Part shown: in pieces, positions 60,501 through 64,000 of the stretch
Numbering within the stretch: position 1 is the stretch's first letter
Layout of the letters: each line of letters opens with the position of its first letter
NCBI GenBank assembly: GCA_964252035.1
Contig: OZ176200.1
Direction: 5' to 3' (one strand)
DNA from: Podarcis erhardii
Lineage: Eukaryota
DNA: 64,000 bases
Program-made: the position numbers and the translations under genes
Notes under the pieces: model-generated
Seen by the model: the letters and a program-made list of their open reading frames with translations, nothing else
Databases searched by the model: none
Told to the model about the DNA's origin: nothing

Positions 60501-63500
60501 TGCTTTTCATAGCTGCGTCCTCGAAGCAGCTATGTGAGCCCTTTGCATGACTGGCTTTGAACTTAAATGTTTCGTACTAAATTCCCAGTATTAGAATGGA
60601 TGCCAGTCTCCAGGGTTGAAGGAAAACTGTGTGCAGTTCTCAGTGTGCTCACGTTTATAAACCTTCCTTTTCTAGCTGGAGAATCGGGGTCAGCCGATAC
60701 AGTCCGTGACCCTCGAGGCTTTGCAATGAAATTCTATACAGAAGATGGTAACTGGGACCTTGTGGGGAACAACACCCCCATCTTCTTTGTCAGAGATGCA
60801 ATGCTGGTAGGTCAACTCATGACATGTTTATTTGGGCACCCAAAATAAGTTAATGGGTGGTGAACAAAATACAGTACCTGAATCTGTTTCTTCTGTGGGG
60901 CTTATTTTTAAAAATCAAATTACTGTTCCTGTCACCCAGAGGAATCATCTGCTAACATAAAGCACCTTTCTGTTAGCTTCTGAATGGTCATAATTATTGT
61001 TTTTGTCCAGATGTGTATTCTCTGTAATTTGAGCATTGAGGTTGCCTTTCAGTGTTTCAGTTCAGATTTTTTAATTAAGGTGAGCACATTCAAGTGATGC
61101 TCTGAAAAATGAGCTGCTTGCTCAAATGTTTGCAAGCAATATGGATTGCAGTATGAATTGCCTGAGAGGGATCGTTGAATCAGCCAGACTGCCCTGGAGA
61201 GCAAGTTCCAAAGAACATTCTAAAAAAATTAGAAACCTTTATCTCTGAGCACATTCACCTTTGAAAATCATTGGGTGCTTGTGGACTGAAATGGGAGGTG
61301 TTCCCTTCTATACACTGGGTTCGGACCATTTAAATCTTTAAAGATTAACGCCAGCACTTCAGATTGTGTCAAGAAAAGCAATGGAAGCCATACAGTTGCT
61401 TTAGTGCTGGTGTAATTTTCTCCTCCACTCATTTTGTTAATTAAAGTGACGGTTGCATTTTCACTAGTTGAAGTCTTCTCGTAAAATCTTCAAAGCCAGG
61501 CTGCTGGGTGTTGCAACATACATTTTGGAGCAGCTGTAACCAGTATATTGACCAAACCTATCTGAGAATCCAGAAAGCATAATGGACTCAACACTGCTCC
61601 CCAAATTACAAACCTGTTCCTTCAAGAGGGGCAGGGAGGGCATAAGTTCCATTGTTCATTTATCCTCTCCCTATGAACATCTCTGTCTTGTCAGGGCCGA
61701 GTTTCAGTTTTTTGTTTTTGTGAACAAATGTAGTTTCTCATGAGTTTTGTCAAAGTTTAACAAAATAGGAATAAGCAGGAGGATATAATATTGCAGTTTT
61801 CAGGATCTCTTGATGATTGTCCCAAACAATCACTGCTCTCTTGATTGTTTTTAAGATTTATCATTGCTCAAAGTTCAGATATATTGAACTTGCTTCACAG
61901 ATAAAAGACAACTTAGAATAAGGGATGTACACAGTAATGTATTTTTCATTTGTATTTTGATTGTATTAGTTCATGTCCTTTATCCACACTCAAAAGAGAA
62001 ATCCTCAAACTCATCTGAAAGACCCAAACATGGCATGGGACTTCTGGAGTCTTCGCCCTGAGTCTCTGCACCAGGTAGGATTTACTCTTTCTATCCCGTT
62101 TTTTCTTTGCCTCACTGAGAGCCAGTGTAGTGTAGTGGTTAAGAGCGGTAGTCTCGCAATCTGGTGAACCGGGTTCGAGTCCTCTCCCCCACATGCAGCT
62201 GCTGGGTGACCTTGGGCCAGTCACACTTCTTTGAAGTCTCTCAGCTGTACTCACCTCACAGAGTGTTTGTTGTGGGGGAGGAAGGGAAAGGAGAATGTTA
62301 GCTGCTTTGAGACTCCTTCGGGTAGTGATAAAGCGGGATATCAAATCCAAACTCTCTTCTTCTTCGCAGACTGAGACAACTTTGTTTCCTCCGTGTATCC
62401 TGTGTGCACCTTGGGACATAATTTTCTGGCTCTCTCAGATGGATTATGTGGAAACGAGATATTGCACTATTGATGTAGGGCAAAGGCTTCAGGAGTGAGG
62501 GCAGAATATTATGCTGAAAATTAATTATGGCTGGAGCATTCTTCAGTGCAGAGAAGTCCAAAAGTGTACTTGGTTTTAGTTATGTGAGTTTCACTGAGGA
62601 TAGCCGAGATAGATTTGTTAGTTTCTTGGTAGTGTCGCCCTCCCTGTGGAACACCTCCCTTCAGATGGCAAGCAGCTAAAGAATTACACAACTTTTAGAA
62701 AACATCTGAAGGCAGGTATTGGGAGGCTTTTAATGTTTTATGGTTTTTTATTATGTTTTTAGATATGCTGTAAGCTGCCCAGACTGGCTGGGAAAACCCA
62801 GCCAGATGGGCGAGGTATAAATAATAAAATTATTATGATGATTTGTTGCTTTATTTTTAGGTGTCGTTCCTGTTCAGTGATCGCGGCATTCCAGATGGAT
62901 TTCGTCACATGCATGGCTTTGGATCTAATACTTTTAAGCTGGTAAATGCTGGAGGAAATGCCATATACTGCAAATTTCATTTTAAGGTAATAATTTCAGT
63001 TTTCCTGTTCAGCACTTGTTAATAAACATTTCCTACTTCTAAATCAGTATTACTGGAATATTAACATGTTGTTTACTTTACATGGTTTTGAAAATGTAGT
63101 TTTGCATTCCTAGTCTTATAAGATTTTCATATGATGCTTCAGTTTCTACATACAGACTGGTCTCCTTAATAATTTTAATATTTTTTCTTTCATTGTTACT
63201 AGTATGCAATTCTTAAGCAAAAAAAAAAAAATTTAATGGAAATTTCTAAGTGATGTTATTTTGATTTTTACAGACTGATCAGGGAATCAAAAACCTTACT
63301 GTTGAAGAAGCAGGAAGACTGGCCTCTGAAGATCCCGACTATGCTCTGCGTGATCTTTACAACGCTATTGCTAATGCAAACTATCCTTCATGGAGTTTCT
63401 ATATCCAGGTTATGACATTTGAACAAGCTGAGGCATTTCCATTCAATCCTTTTGATGTAACTAAGGTAAGCATAATTCCCATTCCTTTATCCTACATATT

Positions 63501-63739
63501 GGATATAAGGAATACAAGTTCTGCATTTCTATGGAAATATTTACGTGGAAACTATCTGTAATAAATTGTATTATTGCATTTTATAGGTTTGGCCTCACAA
63601 AGACTACCCTCTTATCCCAGTGGGGAAGGTTGTCTTAAACAGAAACCCTGTCAATTATTTTGCTGAGGTAGAACAAATTGCCTTTGCTCCAAGCAACATG
63701 CCTCCAGGAATTGAACCTAGCCCTGATAAAATGTTACAG
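48486..63739 (+). CDS. CAT: Catalase (CAT or a diverged CAT-like paralogue), coding exons 1-8, partial; continues beyond the window
   Basis: Eight GT-AG exons of 66, 172, 111, 131, 105, 126, 192 and 153 nt, the same sizes as human CAT; 352 codons without stops; catalytic H75, S114, D128 and N148 (human numbering) retained. Confidence 0.95.
49190..49560 (-). mobile_element. L1 3' UTR fragment with a nested Penelope-like piece (49419-49510)
   Basis: A-rich L1 tail like 47740-47880; insert ttacaggtaggtagccgtgttggtctgccatagtcaaaac...agtagcaccttaaagaccaac flanked by duplicated CATTAGTTTTTA (49407-49418 and 49511-49522). Confidence 0.6.
49597..49643 (-). mobile_element. Degenerate 5S rRNA-derived segment (SINE3-type relic)
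   Basis: Minus strand ctgaagttaagcaggtctgtgtgaagttagtgactggatggctgacc resembles the 5S internal control region gaagctaagcagggtcgggcctggttagtacttggatgggagacc (about 70%). Confidence 0.4.
49714..50054. mobile_element. Probable non-autonomous DNA element with a nested L2 tail (49884-49997)
   Basis: Imperfect TIRs caggggcggacttt / taaatctggcgctg; no clear TSD. Confidence 0.35.
52817..53926 (-). mobile_element. LTR-like / Ngaro-DIRS-type terminal repeat region interrupted by a SINE
   Basis: About 330 nt is roughly 70% identical to 56400-56740; the 53600-53926 part has minus-strand CCAAT and TTTAAA promoter-like motifs; no TSD found. Confidence 0.5.
53193..53540 (-). mobile_element. Sauria SINE nested in the repeat above
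   Basis: 11-bp TSD AATAAGGCTTA (53182-53192 and 53541-53551). Confidence 0.9.
54660..54752 (+). mobile_element. L2-type 3' terminus
   Basis: gccacccagagtggctggggaaacccag...ggtataaac with (AAT)n tail; same family as 62745-62843. Confidence 0.7.
55905..56135. mobile_element. RTE fragments in opposite orientations
   Basis: 55905-55965 matches the tailed end of 9109-9720 (minus); 55975-56135 encodes [38 protein letters not shown] (RTE ORF C-terminus, plus). Confidence 0.6.
56135..56283 (+). mobile_element. Sauria SINE 5' half
   Basis: ttgccgatcagaaggtcggtggttcaaatccc...gtgcaagtagataaatagg. Confidence 0.8.
56330..56900 (-). mobile_element. Tyrosine-recombinase retrotransposon-like (Ngaro/DIRS) 3' remnant with the end of an SGNH-hydrolase ORF
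   Basis: Minus ORF ends [41 protein letters not shown] (SGNH block V DxxH), followed by the repeat shared with 52890-53600. Confidence 0.6.
58839..59010 (+). CDS. CAT: Catalase exon 2 (172 nt; distal His75)
   Basis: [57 protein letters not shown]; aattag|...G|gttagt. Confidence 0.96.
59806..59916 (+). CDS. CAT: Catalase exon 3 (111 nt)
   Basis: (G)[36 protein letters not shown]. Confidence 0.96.
60197..60420 (-). mobile_element. LINE 3' end with a (TTCA)n-type tail
   Basis: Minus frame [26 protein letters not shown], typical of a non-LTR ORF2 terminus; (TGAA)n at 60197-60225. Confidence 0.45.
60676..60806 (+). CDS. CAT: Catalase exon 4 (131 nt; Asp128, Asn148)
   Basis: (A)[43 protein letters not shown]. 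Confidence 0.97.
61970..62074 (+). CDS. CAT: Catalase exon 5 (105 nt)
   Basis: [35 protein letters not shown]|gtagga. Confidence 0.96.
62117..62365 (+). mobile_element. tRNA-derived squamate SINE (Squam3-like)
   Basis: A box gtgtagtggttaagagc, B box gggttcgagtcc, body ctgggtgaccttgggccagtcac, (TTC)n tail. Confidence 0.8.
62745..62843 (+). mobile_element. L2-type 3' terminus abutting the catalase exon 6 acceptor
   Basis: gctgcccagactggctgggaaaacccagccagatgggcgaggtataaataataaaattattat; same family as 54660. Confidence 0.7.
62861..62986 (+). CDS. CAT: Catalase exon 6 (126 nt; NADPH-site and charge-relay region)
   Basis: [42 protein letters not shown]|gtaata. Confidence 0.96.
63274..63465 (+). 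CDS. CAT: Catalase exon 7 (192 nt)
   Basis: [64 protein letters not shown]. Confidence 0.96.
63587..63739 (+). CDS. CAT: Catalase exon 8 (153 nt)
   Basis: [51 protein letters not shown]|gtaagg. Confidence 0.96.
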
Positions 63740-64000
63740 GTAAGGAGTATAGTATTTTTATATTTATTTCATAGTCAAAAGCCTTACTGAAATCAATATG
63801 CATTATGTCCACGGCACACCCTGATCCACCAAGCCTGTAACTCTATCAACAAAAGAAATCAGATTTGTTTAATATGACTTGTTTTCAGGAAAACTGTGCT
63901 GGGTCTTAGTAATCACAGCATCCTTTTTAAAGTGCTCAACTATTTAATTATCTGTTCTAGAACCTTTCCTGGTATCGACGTCAAGCTGACTAATCAGTAG

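Noticed and set aside
48486-63739. Catalase as a pseudogene or bacterial horizontal transfer
   Set aside because: Eight exons are in frame with vertebrate intron positions, canonical splice sites and an intact CpG promoter.

Overview
Vertebrate (squamate, probably lacertid lizard, judged from Sauria/Squam SINEs and BovB) genomic DNA with two intron-containing genes, both on the + strand. (1) A complete ELF5 ETS transcription factor gene: 6 coding exons from 13099 to 25160 (257 aa, PNT + ETS domains), with a candidate TATA promoter and non-coding first exon near 6193-6370. (2) Coding exons 1-8 of a catalase gene (48486-63739, 352 codons, continuing past the window) with a CpG-rich CCAAT/GC-box promoter. 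The catalase is the most unusual feature. Its frame is open and its exon sizes match human CAT, but it lies head-to-tail with ELF5 (tail-to-tail in human). It also carries clustered substitutions at normally conserved positions ([16 protein letters not shown] for FTDEMAHFDRERIPER; MHGFGSNT for MNGYGSHT), which suggests a diverged, inverted paralogue. The rest is TE-rich: two about 99% identical 822-bp solo LTRs bracketing ELF5, a third solo LTR, L1, L2, CR1, RTE/BovB and Penelope fragments (one BovB with a twin-priming-type 5' inversion), Ngaro/DIRS-like remnants with an SGNH-hydrolase motif, many SINEs and MITEs, and an internal 7SK RNA fragment. No CRISPR arrays, rRNA genes or true tRNA genes were seen. 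All alignments were done by eye against remembered reference sequences; no database searches were run.
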